A DNA stretch of 64,000 nucleotides, from assembly GCA_047495785.1 (NCBI GenBank), contig JBLDXI010000032.1:3844001-3908000 (forward strand), read 5' to 3'. Below are positions 35,696 to 47,745 of this stretch, piece by piece; position 1 is the stretch's first letter; each line of letters begins with the position of its first letter. Source of the DNA: Lepidodermella squamata. Taxonomy: Eukaryota; Animalia; Gastrotricha. The notes beneath the pieces were generated by a model. That model ran no database searches, was not told the DNA's origin, and worked only from the letters and a program-made list of their open reading frames with translations. Both the position numbers and the translations under genes were made by a program.

Positions 35696-37977
35696 TTAAA
35701 ATTGGAAACGACCACGCGCACGCTGATAGGTTACTTCGGCGTTTTCAATATAATCTCGAGTGAATCTCTCATCTGCATCCATCCCGCATCTGTGCCATAG
35801 TTCGTTACCCCTGGCGTGGTACCACTTATTCATAACTGGATACGAATTAAAAAAATCAAGATAGGATAATACTGGATAATTAGGTGATTATACCCCATTT
35901 TCTTCCGAACAGAACTGGGCACGCTGCATGAATTAGCCGCCTGTCACCACGATCGTCTCTAAACAAGTTGTACCAAACCGCGGCCGATCCCTTTCTGGGC
36001 GCGATTGAAATTCCAAGCTGCGGAAAAATGGTACCACCGCCAGCCTCAACATCGGTCATCTGAGAAATAACGAAGCCTAATTATAAATTTGCTCTAATTT
36101 CAAGCCATCACGTTACGTAAAAAAGCAGCGTCGCAATGCGATTGCCTTGGTCTGCTCCGAAATCCAGATCGACCCTATCATCATCGGAAAAATCCAAGTG
36201 CTCTGCATAAAATCCGCCAATGCCATAGTTGGCTACTTGGAAAGCTTCTGAGTTTTCCAACGACAGCTGCAACATGGCCGAGATTCGATTCAACAACCGG
36301 GGTGTAAAGTAGGAATCAGTGTCGTTGTAAAGCCACGTTCTATATAAAAAAAATACTGCAGCCATGAAAGCCAGAAATCAAAAAATTAATTTACGTCTTA
36401 GTTATTCGATAGTCAGCTATTTCTGAAGCGCCTGTTAGCTGGTTTTTGGTTGTAGCTCGAGCGAGCTGTAAAAATGAAGCGTTCAGCGCACGGTTGCACC
36501 AGCATTTTAATCAACCAACGTTTGGCAAAGCTTCTTCTTTGAAAAATTCAATCTCCTCATCGCTCATCACGTCGTGGTAGAGAACTATCCAAGGATCCAG
36601 GTGGACAGTTTCACGCTTCAGTGGCGCTATGAGTAGGCGTGGATCGTTGTTTCGAGCATAATCGCAGTACAACTTGCGCTCATCTTCCACTGGCTGATGA
36701 ATATTTCAAAACATCAATTATTCAAAAGCACAGACGTTTCGTTTTCCCTGAATGATCGCCAATTTTGCAACCTCTAGGGGCAATCCCAGTGCAAAACAGA
36801 CAAATTTATTGGACATTTGTCCCAGATTGACAGCAAGCAATTTTAATAAAATCCAAACCTTAACTTTTTCCATGCGGCATAGCCGTTTTGTGATTTCATT
36901 GAAGTTCGTAATTTGGTGGTCCTCAATCTCGAAAGGCGAATCATTTTCCTCCCCAGTTTCACCGCGTCTATTTATTTTTGCCAACATTTTTTTGTAGAGC
37001 TCGACATTTCGACTTGCGTAGGGGTGATTGGGCACTGCAAAAATCGTAACAGATTATTGTAAGTTTCGAACTGTTAGCCTATTATTTAGAACCATTTTTC
37101 TGCAGCTCGATGCTCTGAGCCAAAGCGACTTCTAGTTTCCCAAGTTTGTAATTGGCAAATTGAAGATATCCCAAAGCCTCGTATCGATTGATAGTCGGCA
37201 CTTTTTCCAACGTGGATCTGGGTTGAAATTACAATATTTCGAGTAAATAAAAGCAAGTGGAAATATTACAGGCGTATTGATTCGGCTAACCATTCGGCTG
37301 CAATACTATAGCTTTTTCTCTCGTAAGCGTAAGTACCAAGATCGAAGCAATCGCTAGCAGAGAGTTTTGGGGACACGAGGCTGGAACGATTGGAAAGTGA
37401 TTTATCCACATTGCCATCAACAAATGAGCGAATTGAGACGTTGTATGTTTCTTGAAGGCGCAGAAGCCCAATCAGCGAGCCATCATAATCTTCCTGGTTC
37501 GGTAAAACGTCTAGATACTTCTGTAATTGAACCATCAAAGCTGAATTGAGTTTCTTTAAAGAATATTTCACAATAATCGGCTCCAGTCTTACCATCATGT
37601 GCCGCTTTATTACTAATCGATTCTCTCAAGCCATCAAAGCTGTAGCTCTTGATCGCCTTAAACACGCTAATCGGATTTGAAGTGAAATCGGAAAATTGTT
37701 GCTCAGATGTGATGCTGCCCTGCTCTTCGAACGTTCCGACCAACCTAGAAGATTTAGCATGATACAAAAGGACAACAAGAACAATGACTCACGTTTTGAT
37801 ATTTTCAAGGCGCTGTCGATCTTCTGCCGCGAAATTTTTGACGATTTCGAGAATTCTCTGCTGAGCGTGAATAACTGCTCTCATCTGGTCGACCGATGTA
37901 AATAGTTCTGCGCTGATAGCATTAATAACGCAACAGACCAAAAGAATAAATAGCGAAAAGTCGCAAAATGGCTGCAT
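35696..37977 (-). CDS. P4HA: Prolyl 4-hydroxylase alpha subunit paralog C, 9 introns
   Basis: ELFTS, RLQETY, GGFYAEHLD, GNRIATLLFY, IHAACP, RKW; introns 37745-37792, 37541-37592, 37218-37269, 37035-37092, 36694-36858, 36466-36519, 36340-36394, 36060-36116, 35836-35893. Confidence 0.92.
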
Positions 37978-38288
37978 TTTCAGGCTTATCATTTCTCGGG
38001 CTAACAAAATTTTGGCTAAACAACTCATTTCCTAATTTTTCCTAATTTTTGCCACTTCGTTAGCAGATGGCGTCATTATAACTGAACACGCGACCCAAGC
38101 TATTTTTTTATGGAAGTACTTCTGCTGAAAATGTCACTCAAGTTAATGACACTGAATTTATAATGATCGGCACAGTTTGCCCATCAATAAATCAGTTAGG
38201 CGAAAACAATTTTGACCAGGTGAACTTAGCCTAATTTATTGATATTTTCACCCAAAAAAAGCAGCACGAATAAAGCGAAACAAAAATT

Positions 38289-40459
38289 CTATTCCGCAGG
38301 AAATTCGTCATCGTCATGGAACTGAACTTGGCCATGCTTTCGATGATAAGTTACGGGTCCATGTTCAATGTATTCGCGTGTGAAACGTTCGTTCTCGTCG
38401 AGGCTGCACGGATGCCACAACTCATTTCCAGATGTATGAAACCACTTGTTCATGACTGAAAATAATTGATGACAATTTATTCCCTCCGTTAAAAGATAAT
38501 TTTCAAACCCCATTTACGGCCGTACAACACCGGACAAGCGGCATGAATAAGGCTCAGGTCGCCTTGATTTCCTCGATACAAATTGTACCAAACCGCAGCT
38601 GCGCCTTTCTTCGGCTGTATAGTCAGCCCTAAATCGGGGAAAATGGTCGCACCACCGGACTCAACGTCGCTCATCTAAATATTATTGTTACAGACAACAA
38701 TTTAGGCAACATTCGCTTACGTAAAACAACAGGGTAGCTATGCGATTGCCGTCCTCGAAATCAACATTAGCATCTTCCGTGTGGAAATCATAGTGGGGAC
38801 TATAGAAGCCACCGATACCGTAGTTGGCGACTTGAAAATCTTCGACATTTTCCAGAGTCAGTTGTAGCATCGCCGAGGCTCGGCTTAAAACTCGACGAGT
38901 GTAATAATTATCCGTCCAGTTACTAAACCACGCCCTAAAAAGAGTTCAATCATTTCTAAATCAAAATTTATAAATTTCCAACGTTTTAGTGATTCGGTAA
39001 TCGGCTGTAGTTAATTTGCCCGTAACAGGGTCGACAGTAGTGGCTCTGTTCAGCTGTAACAACGAAAATCAGAGCCATGGCAAAATATCAGAGATTATTC
39101 ACCTTTGGAAGAGCTTTACTTTTGAAAAATTCGATTTCATCATTGGTTAAAACGTCGTGGTAAAGCATGATCCAAGGTTCAATGCTAACAGTTTCGCGCT
39201 TCAAGGGAGCGATCATTAAACGCGGGTCGTTGTTACGGGCGTAGTCGCAGAATAAGTTGCGGTTGGTTTTGGAATTCTGGAAGAAATATATTTTCACGAA
39301 TTTAAACTTTTTAAACGGATAGTTTACCTCTGTCTTTTCTCCTCGGCAAAGCCGTTTGAAATCATCGGTGAATTTTGTCAGAGGTTGGTCTTCGTGTGGA
39401 GTTACCGGAGGCTCAAGGCCTTCATCTTGTTCCGTGCCGACGTCGCCCCGTCTGATGCCGAGAATGTTGGTGTAATAAAGGATGTTATCTCGAACGTAAC
39501 GATGTTTCGGATCTGTTATAACAAAGGTATTTCAAGTTAAATAAAAATCGCGAATAATACCTAACTTCAGGATCTCTCTGCTATGCTTCAGCGCTTCATT
39601 AACCCTCCCAATCTTGTAATTGGCAAACTGGGCGTAATCGAGAACAGTGACCCTCGAAACCGTAGGAGGGACTTCTGATTCCAAGCTGTGATTTTCAGTA
39701 TAATCTCAGGTTATTCGTTCATAATATTTTTCTTACAGTTTCAAGGCTTCCTCGAACCATTCAGCAGCGACCTTGAAATTGCTTCGCTGATAAGAGAAAT
39801 TTCCGACATCGAGACAGTCCGAGGCAGAAAGTTTCGGCCATTGATAGTGGCCCGTTCGATTGCTCCAAGGCAGTGTTTTTCGATCAAAGCCAGTAATGAA
39901 TCGATGCACTGGCACCTCGTAGGTCTCTTGAAGCCGCAACAGGGCCATCACAGCGCCATCAAAGTCTTCCCCGGTCGGCAGAGCTGAATAATAAGGGGCA
40001 ACGCGTTTGATTGAACCTTGAAATCACAATATTTAGCTCGTCATTTTATCAGAATAATTTTGAGCTCATACCGATGGCGTACTCTTCGTTATTCAGAAAG
40101 CTTTCCACCCGAAAATTGTCCTTTTGAAATGCGTTAATAGTTCGAAAAACGTTTATAGGGTTGGACACAAATTCGCTCAGCTGGTCCACATTCAAAGAGC
40201 TCGACTTTTCAAGCGACTCCACGAAGCTGATGATGGAAATTAGCACAACTGTTTGTTTATAAAAATGAAAAAGAAAATCAAGATACGCTTTCAGCTGAGC
40301 CAATCTCTCCCGATCTTTTGCCACAAAATCTTTCACAGTGCCAAGAATCTTCCGTTGAGCCAGCAGCACTGCTTGCATCTGATCGACCGAGGTAAACATG
40401 TCGCTCACAGCCCATTGGTTGCACAACCCGATAAACAGTAAAGACGCGAATAAAAGCAT
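38289..40459 (-). CDS. P4HA: Prolyl 4-hydroxylase alpha subunit paralog B, 9 introns of 46-60 nt
   Basis: DMFTS, RLQETY, GGFYSPHYD, GNRIATLLFY, IHAACP, RKW; introns 40227-40286, 40017-40071, 39686-39736, 39513-39560, 39277-39327, 39054-39102, 38935-38982, 38675-38720, 38456-38508. Confidence 0.92.
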
Positions 40460-40619
40460 GTTTTACTGATTTTGAAAATCATTGAAACAACTGCTGTTCG
40501 GAAAATTAAATGCGATCACAATTTTTTTATTTTCACACGTGCCCTTTCAGTTTTTTCTTGATTTTTTTATGTTTTACGCCAATTTCTCTCAATGAGCACC
40601 ATTCGGAGCGCCATCGTCT

Positions 40620-41440
40620 AAATTATCCCTCCAGCGCACGCGCAATTATTTGCGGGAAACGGTAATCCATGCCGTGTAATTAACGTTTCCGCACCGCATC
40701 GTAGAAATAATTCACCGAGCTGGCGAAGCCGAGGATCGATAGTTACTATCAGCGCCCACGACTTGGCGCTCCGCCCGGATCTTTCGTATGCAGCGGATCC
40801 TGCCCCAGCCCGTTCAAGACGACCCGGGTGCTTCCTCCAACCATGCACCACCGCCGCCGCCCCTCACCGAGTTTCTGTCTCTACAAGTCACGGTTTTGGC
40901 CCAAGGTCAGGAAGTCTCGGCGCTTCGCAGCCAGATCACCGAGCTGCGCGACCTGCTCGACAGCTGCCGCCCGCCTTGCCCACTCAGCCTTTTGACCCGG
41001 CCGGCACCAACCTCGCCGCCTACGAAGACCGCTGGTTCACCCGGTTCGCTGTCCATTTTGAAAGCGGTCTCTGTTCGCCCGCCGTGCATACCGGCGCCGC
41101 TCCAGTTCGCCCATCCGTTGCAGCTGCTTCCTCAACGATGACCTTCCAGCCTTTCTCCATGTAACTTTAGCCCTATTTTCTCGCCCGCTCTTTTTGTGCT
41201 GCCCTTGTACAGGTTGTTCCTGGCTCCTGAGATCCTGAGTTCCCGCTGGGCCACGGGTGACGGCTCGCATGCCCGTGAGCGGTAGTCAATCTGCGTCTCT
41301 CCCGCTGTCCACCCCTAGCTCGGTCCCGCGGCCGCGGTCCTGTGTGCGCCACTGGGCGAACCAGGGAAAAAGATCCACTGCTGTAACTCATCGCCCAATT
41401 TTACAAGCTCACGCGCGCAGCTCGATTGTTCATCCATAAA
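40620..41440 (+). mobile_element. GC-rich insertion, possibly a retroelement 5'/gag-like remnant
   Basis: Compositional island like the Gypsy relics; short coiled-coil ORF (QEVSALRSQITELRDLLD); no diagnostic motif. Confidence 0.3.
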
Positions 41441-42526
41441 ACCAATTGAAATGATGGAATTCGGTTATTTTTATTACCACCTATAATACCATAGCCAGTA
41501 ATAAATCTACTTATACAAAAATGGGCTATCCTAATGGCAAGCTTTGAAGCCGATGATGATGATGGTTACGAAGAAAATTCTTCAGTATCCGAGAATATTG
41601 AACCAGCCGAATTTCGACGGCGGGCTAGCTAGCCGGCTACTGCTAGGCCCCGCCAGCGCAAAGTACGGATCGACGGCCGGTGCTCCTGGTGGTATGTGGG
41701 CCACCGATGGCTATTATATTAGCAGAAACGGCTGGTGTTCATCCACGGCGCCGCATGTGCGCTACCAGTAGCTGTGTTTTTGTGACTAATTGTTTCGCGC
41801 GGGTTGTTCTTGTGACTAATACCACAATTAGTAATTAGTATCTATACTAGGCGCACGAAGAAAACTGCATCGTATGTACAACTTTTCCGTAGAACTTACG
41901 ACGCACATACAAAATACGGCTAAAATGCAGAATACGAAGAAAAATGTGCGCTCGTACGTACAACACAAGAAAACACGGCAAGTGGTGCCGAAACGGTGCC
42001 GCATGGTTTATCGATCAGTCTTTTCTCTTCACCTGATAATTTATTTCACTAGTTGAGAATTTCCAAATTTCTGAGATAACAATCGTCAAAAATTACTACA
42101 CGTGCTTCCGCCATTTTCTATCTGTCGCGCGCGGCACGGTTGTTTATGCACCGCCGTTGCGTATTCTGGTTTCGGACACCGCTAAATAACCCGCTTTTAA
42201 TTGGGCCAGCGCGCACCTACAGCCGTCAGCGTGTCGAGAGAAAAGGAGCCTCTCTTGCAGCTGTTGTTTGCATAAATAATATGCATGTGATGACGGTAGA
42301 ATAAAACCGCCGTCTATTTCGACGTTTCTAGAACAAACTGCGCTCGCTCTACGCTCCTAGTCATGTAAACACGCCTGACCTCTGGTCTACAATAAGACGG
42401 CTCCATGGATATAATAGCCGTTTACGTGTGCACACCGTCTGTCAGTTCAACAATAGCAAAATAACAACACAAGAATTATCATCAAGATTTATTTTTATTT
42501 TCCGCAAAACAAAAAGCTAAGCAGTT

Positions 42527-42925
42527 TCACACGAATTCTTTGAGCTTGAATTGCTGAGGCTGAGGTTTTGAAACAACGTTGAAGAACTCCTTGTATATGG
42601 TCGCTCCTTTATTCGCAACCGATTCGTATATCGGGGAGTCGAGCCGAGGCGATAGTTTTTCCACTGAAATCACGACTTGGCCAGCTTCGAGAGCGTAAAG
42701 CGAGCACGTCGCCTGGTCGAGTTTCACATTTTCACCCGGATAAAACCGCAAACTTTGTTGATTGATCAGCAAATCGCCGCGTTCCACCTTATCGCCGTCA
42801 CGCTTTTTCATGCCCCAATGCGAACCGGGCGGCAACTTGAAGAAAGGCTTGAACCGGACCTGGGTTTGCACCAGATGTTGTTGCTGTTGCTGCTGCAACA
42901 ACCGCAAGCTCATTTGACGAATCAT
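42527..42925 (-). CDS. MRPL27: Mitochondrial ribosomal protein bL27m, intronless CDS
   Basis: Targeting-like N-terminus; WGMKKRDGDKVERGDLLINQQSLRFYPGENV, LYALEAGQV, IYKEFFNVV..PQ...FKL. Confidence 0.88.
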   Translation of the reverse strand: MIRQMSLRLLQQQQQQHLVQTQVRFKPFFKLPPGSHWGMKKRDGDKVERGDLLINQQSLRFYPGENVKLDQATCSLYALEAGQVVISVEKLSPRLDSPIYESVANKGATIYKEFFNVVSKPQPQQFKLKEFV

Positions 42926-43812
42926 TTTACCCGAAATATATCAACTAGAAATTAGGAAATGAAAACATGTTTCTCAGTAAATTTGAACACTTTTTTATTC
43001 AATTTCCGAAGCTGTATTTACGCGATCTGTATGGCAAATGGATCAACCCTTACAGGCAAAAGAAGTCGTATTCAGGAATACTCTGTGATAAAACTGCATT
43101 CTCTAATGACAACAACAATATTGCGTTTGGCATGCGAATTCCTCAACATCGAATCAGTGTCACACGGCTTCATAAGAATAAATATGATAGTTCAGATTCT
43201 TTAAGACAGCAGCGTCAAAAGATACCGCAATGATACCGTAAACTGAAAAACAGAAGTGATGACGATATCGCATTCAGGTTTCAACAAAAACCACACTAAA
43301 ACAACGGCCATGGTAATAAATTAGTCAAATAATGAAATAATAATAACACAATGCGTTCCCAAATGAGATGGAGCGAGAACTGACGGAGAAAGCCAGGTAA
43401 TAATGGGTTTTTCTCGTTTTGGTAGAAAAAGAAAATCCGGTTATTTTGAGCGGCGGATTAGATTCGCTATAGTTCAAAGTACCTTGAGGGAAAATTGCCA
43501 CGTTTATATACAATGATTGAGCGGTAAAAAATGCATATATCTTATGACGATGATTAGCAGTTGTAAAAAAACATAAAAACATATTATCTCATCAGGAAAG
43601 GTAGAAGCAGGCAATCGAAATGAGGGTTAAATTCGGATCTTGTGAGGCAATATCTCCTGTTGACACAAACACACGATTAGGAACTATACAGCACTAACCG
43701 AGAAGTTACATCGCAGATCGGAATAAAGATCCAACGTTCATTGAAAAAAATTTAAAACAACTCTTAGTAAGGCTAGCAACAGTCACAGAAGGAATTCGCT
43801 GAATTTTAGCTC

Positions 43813-45627
43813 TCATTGCTTCAATGAATCGAACTTGAAACGGCCGTGAGTTCTTTGGTATGTCGGTTTGGTGACTTGAATATCGTCCTGTGTGAACCGA
43901 TCTTCCGGGGTCAAACCGCAAGGATGCCACAATTCGTTGCCGCGTTCGTGATACCATTTGTTCATTACCCACTTGTTCCCGACGAGAACAGGGCAGGCGG
44001 CATGCCTTAGCGATAGATCGCCTTCGCCAGCCTTGTTAAGGTTGTACCAAAGAGCAGCAGCACCTTTGACCGGCTTAAGTTTCAAACCCAAATTCGTGAA
44101 CACCGTAGTGCCTCCAGCAGGAATGTCAGTCAACTAGAAATAAGGTTGTTATGAATAAAATTTACGCCATTAATTAAGCCGAACTTACATAGAAAAGAGC
44201 AGTAGCTATGCGATTACCTCGCTCGGCTTCGAACGCATTTTTCTCTTCACGACGCGCGAAGTCAAAATGAGGTTCATAGTGACCGCCGATACCGTAATTC
44301 GCAACTTGAAATTCTTCAGCGTATTCGAGCGTGAGTTGAGTCATGGCCGAAATTCTATTCAACAAGCGAGGAATGACAACTTTATCTGTATCGTTTGAAA
44401 GCCAGGCTGTTTTAGTGATGCGGTAGTTCGCCACTTCAAGTTTCCCAGTCGCCGAATTTTGAATAGTCGCTCGGTTCAGGCGTGGAAACGCGGTTTCCTT
44501 CACAAACTGAATCTCTTTGTCGGTAATCATGTTGTAATAAATCATAATCCATGGATCCATGTGGTAAACTTCTCGTTTCAACGGGGCAATCAACAAGCGA
44601 GGATCGTTGTTGGTCGCGTAGTCGCAGTATAACTTGTGCGCGTTTTTGATCGGTTTGATATCTTCGCCACGGCATAATCGTTCATAAGACTGATACTCCT
44701 CGGTTTTCTTGTATTCTTCGATGGTCCGTTCGTTTTTCATCACCTCTACTTCCTCTTCCACCATAGGTTCGCCTGTATCACCGCGGGAAGGTTTCGCCAG
44801 CTCTCGCTTCTTCATGGTGTACTCGAAATAAGCTTTGTTCTTGAGACCCCGTTCGTGAGTTGGCTTTAACCGGAGAAGCTCCTCAGTAAGCTGCAAGGCG
44901 TGCTTGATGTTTCCTTGCATATAAACAGCATAGGATAGATAATCCAGGATAACTGACTTCTCCAGGCCAGATGAGCCAGGCTCTAGACGAAGACGATCAT
45001 ACGCCTCTTGCATCCACATAACAGTGTGATAATAGTCACGATTGTTGTAAGCAACACGGCCAATTTCAAAGCAATCGGCAGCAGTGAGTCTGCTAGTATT
45101 ATCAGCCTCCGGAATGATGCCATTGGCAAATGTCGCGGGTGGAAGAGCATAAGTATCCTGGAGACGCATTAAAGCATTAATGGAGCCTTCGTAATCCTCT
45201 TCCGTGGGTAGCATTTTACGATGTGGCTCGAGTCTTTCAAGGGCACCTATGAAAATAATGTCATAACCGCCATTTGCTGAATAATTATTACAAACTCACC
45301 TAAAGCAAATTCGGTATTAGGAATGAGATCTTGGAAATCGACGCGTTCCTGTTGAAAACGTTTTGCGACAAGATAGGCATTCACTGGATTTGAAATGAAT
45401 CTGATGACATCGTCTTCACTTTGCTTGCTGTCACGCTCGTAATCAGCTGCCAGCTTTTTTATTTTATCCAAACGCGATTCCTCGGTCGCAATGTACTGCT
45501 TCAACTCGTGAGCTATGTGTTTTTGAGCCTCCAGAACAACTCGGAACTCTTCTGTCGATGTAAAGAGCTCCGCTTTTGCGAAACCAGTAACAGCCAGAAT
45601 TGTAAATATACACGTCGATATACCCAT
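43813..45627 (-). CDS. P4HA: Prolyl 4-hydroxylase alpha subunit paralog A (most canonical), only 2 coding introns: 45247-45299 and 44134-44188
   Basis: ELFTS, NPVNAYL, RLQDTY, DYYHTVMWM, LDYLSYAVY, VANYGIGGHYEPHFDFAR, GNRIAT, RHAACPVLVGNKWV. Confidence 0.96.
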
Positions 45628-47745
45628 TCTACTTTAAATTTGTTACTATCAAATATCAATACACAAATGATTGCTTGGTTTAGTTGACAAGAAATGAGAA
45701 AATAGCAAGATCCTATTCGTATTCGGTTTCCCTCGCGGCTTCATGCTTCATCAAATGAAAGGAACGTTCAAGGGATGTCCAGGCAAAGAGACATTATTAT
45801 TTGCGGGAGTCGGTTGAGCAAGAAAATTACGATACGCTTATCAAAACCGCTCCACAAAGATTTCCTGAAGATATGAGAGAACGTGCCATACCTTCCGATC
45901 GAGGATCAAGTTTTACAGGAGATAGGAAAAAGGAAGGTAAGGTCTAAGTTTTAAAACAAAGAGACAGCGAGACAGTTCGGTATGGAAACAAATAAATGAG
46001 GATGGAGAACGAGGAACGATCCTCATGAAAAATGAGCCGTGATGATCTGAAGCTGTAGGTGCCATCGCAACCACAGTAATATGAGAAGTGAGAACTGAAA
46101 AACCCGGTGCATCACGTATAACTATGACCTAAAAACACAATGCACCATGTACGTAAAAAGACAAATAATGACCGCATCATTTTTAGCTCCTAGCTCGCAC
46201 CGCGGGTGTGAAGTGTGCGCCGTGCTACTCCAGACTTTTCTGTGCTGCTGCTTGCTGATTCACAAGGAATCAGCTTTTGACAAAGTCTGAGAAATTATCT
46301 GGTTATCTGGTTTTGACAAAAATGTTTAAAGGTGATGGTGCTCAAATTATAAAAGTAAACGAAATATAAATTGATAAATAATAAATTGAGTAGCAACAGA
46401 AATCGCATTTGCCCCGGACCCGGAGTCCGGAGTTGGGTCACGTGTGTGAAGCCGACACTGGCATTGCGGCGAGCTGAGCGTGTGGCAAAGTCAAGCAATG
46501 ACGTCGGTTACTAGGCTGAATGGTATTTCGTGATCCGAGAGCTTCTACTCGCCTTCTACTGTGAGAGTAGCCTACTCCGAAATTAACCTACTCCCGGAGT
46601 AGAAGGCGTTTACTGCTAGAGTAGATACCTGTTTAGGTTTGTTACTCGTTGACACTAAGCTTTTGAATTCGCATTTTCTATCCAAAATTAGGGTTGCATC
46701 TGAGAGTAGAGCCATAGGGCTAGCTCTACTTGTCTCTTCATTAGTTTTACTGAATTGAGAAACGAAAATAAACTTTTTCTGTCTGCTCGGTGCCCACAGA
46801 AAAAGCCAGACTTTGTAGTGCTCACGTCCTGTCTATACTTCTTTAAACAATGTCTAACTGTCACTGTCACTGTCACTGCCACTAAGTGGCAATGTATAAC
46901 TGCAGCACGTGGGCCTCCAAAATCGCAGATCGCCTTGGTGCCCATCATCGATTGCAGCTAAGAAAGTTGGTGGATAGTCGTTATCCAGAAACGACGAATG
47001 TTCTGAATATGAGGTTGCGGTACTTCAAGAACGCGCTGCGAAACCCCAGGCATTTCGCCGTACAATGAGCGAGGAACGACTCTGTACAGCCGTGATTGTC
47101 GAAACATATCGGTAGAGCGCCCTGACTAAAGAATTGTAGAAAATTAAGGAACTGACTGATGGCTGTAAAGCTGCCGCAACATCGAGCATTTGAGTGATGG
47201 AACTCGCGGCCTCTCCTGCCATGCAGGGAAATGTTGGCTGTCCTCATCAAAAGAGTAGTCAACAAATACTCATCCTATCAATTGGCAGCTCTGACGGCTG
47301 TCAGTGCTATCGAAACCAGAATATGACAACGAATACATTTGCGCGAGAGCGGCAACTCAGCACCTTACCTCAGCAAATCATACATAGGTACATTTAGAGC
47401 TATCAAAACACCGTTTCTGAATTATAGGGACTGGGTAAGTTCTTCTGAGAACGTTTTCGGGAATGGTGAATATTTCTCTCAATCTTATTTTATTAAATTG
47501 AATCTTGCAGGAAAATTAACCGTACATGATAAGTCGATAGTCTTCGGCTAGACCCCCATTTATAAATTTTAAAACATCAACTTGTTGAAAACGTTGAACA
47601 TTCAAAAAGTCTGAGCGTATTTTATTGAACAGAATTGACAGAAATAGTTAAACGCGTGTGGCGAAGATTAAAGTCACTATATAAAATCCCCTTAGCTGAT
47701 TTTACATAAAGTTGATCAATTAAACGCAACAATCTTTTCATCGGC

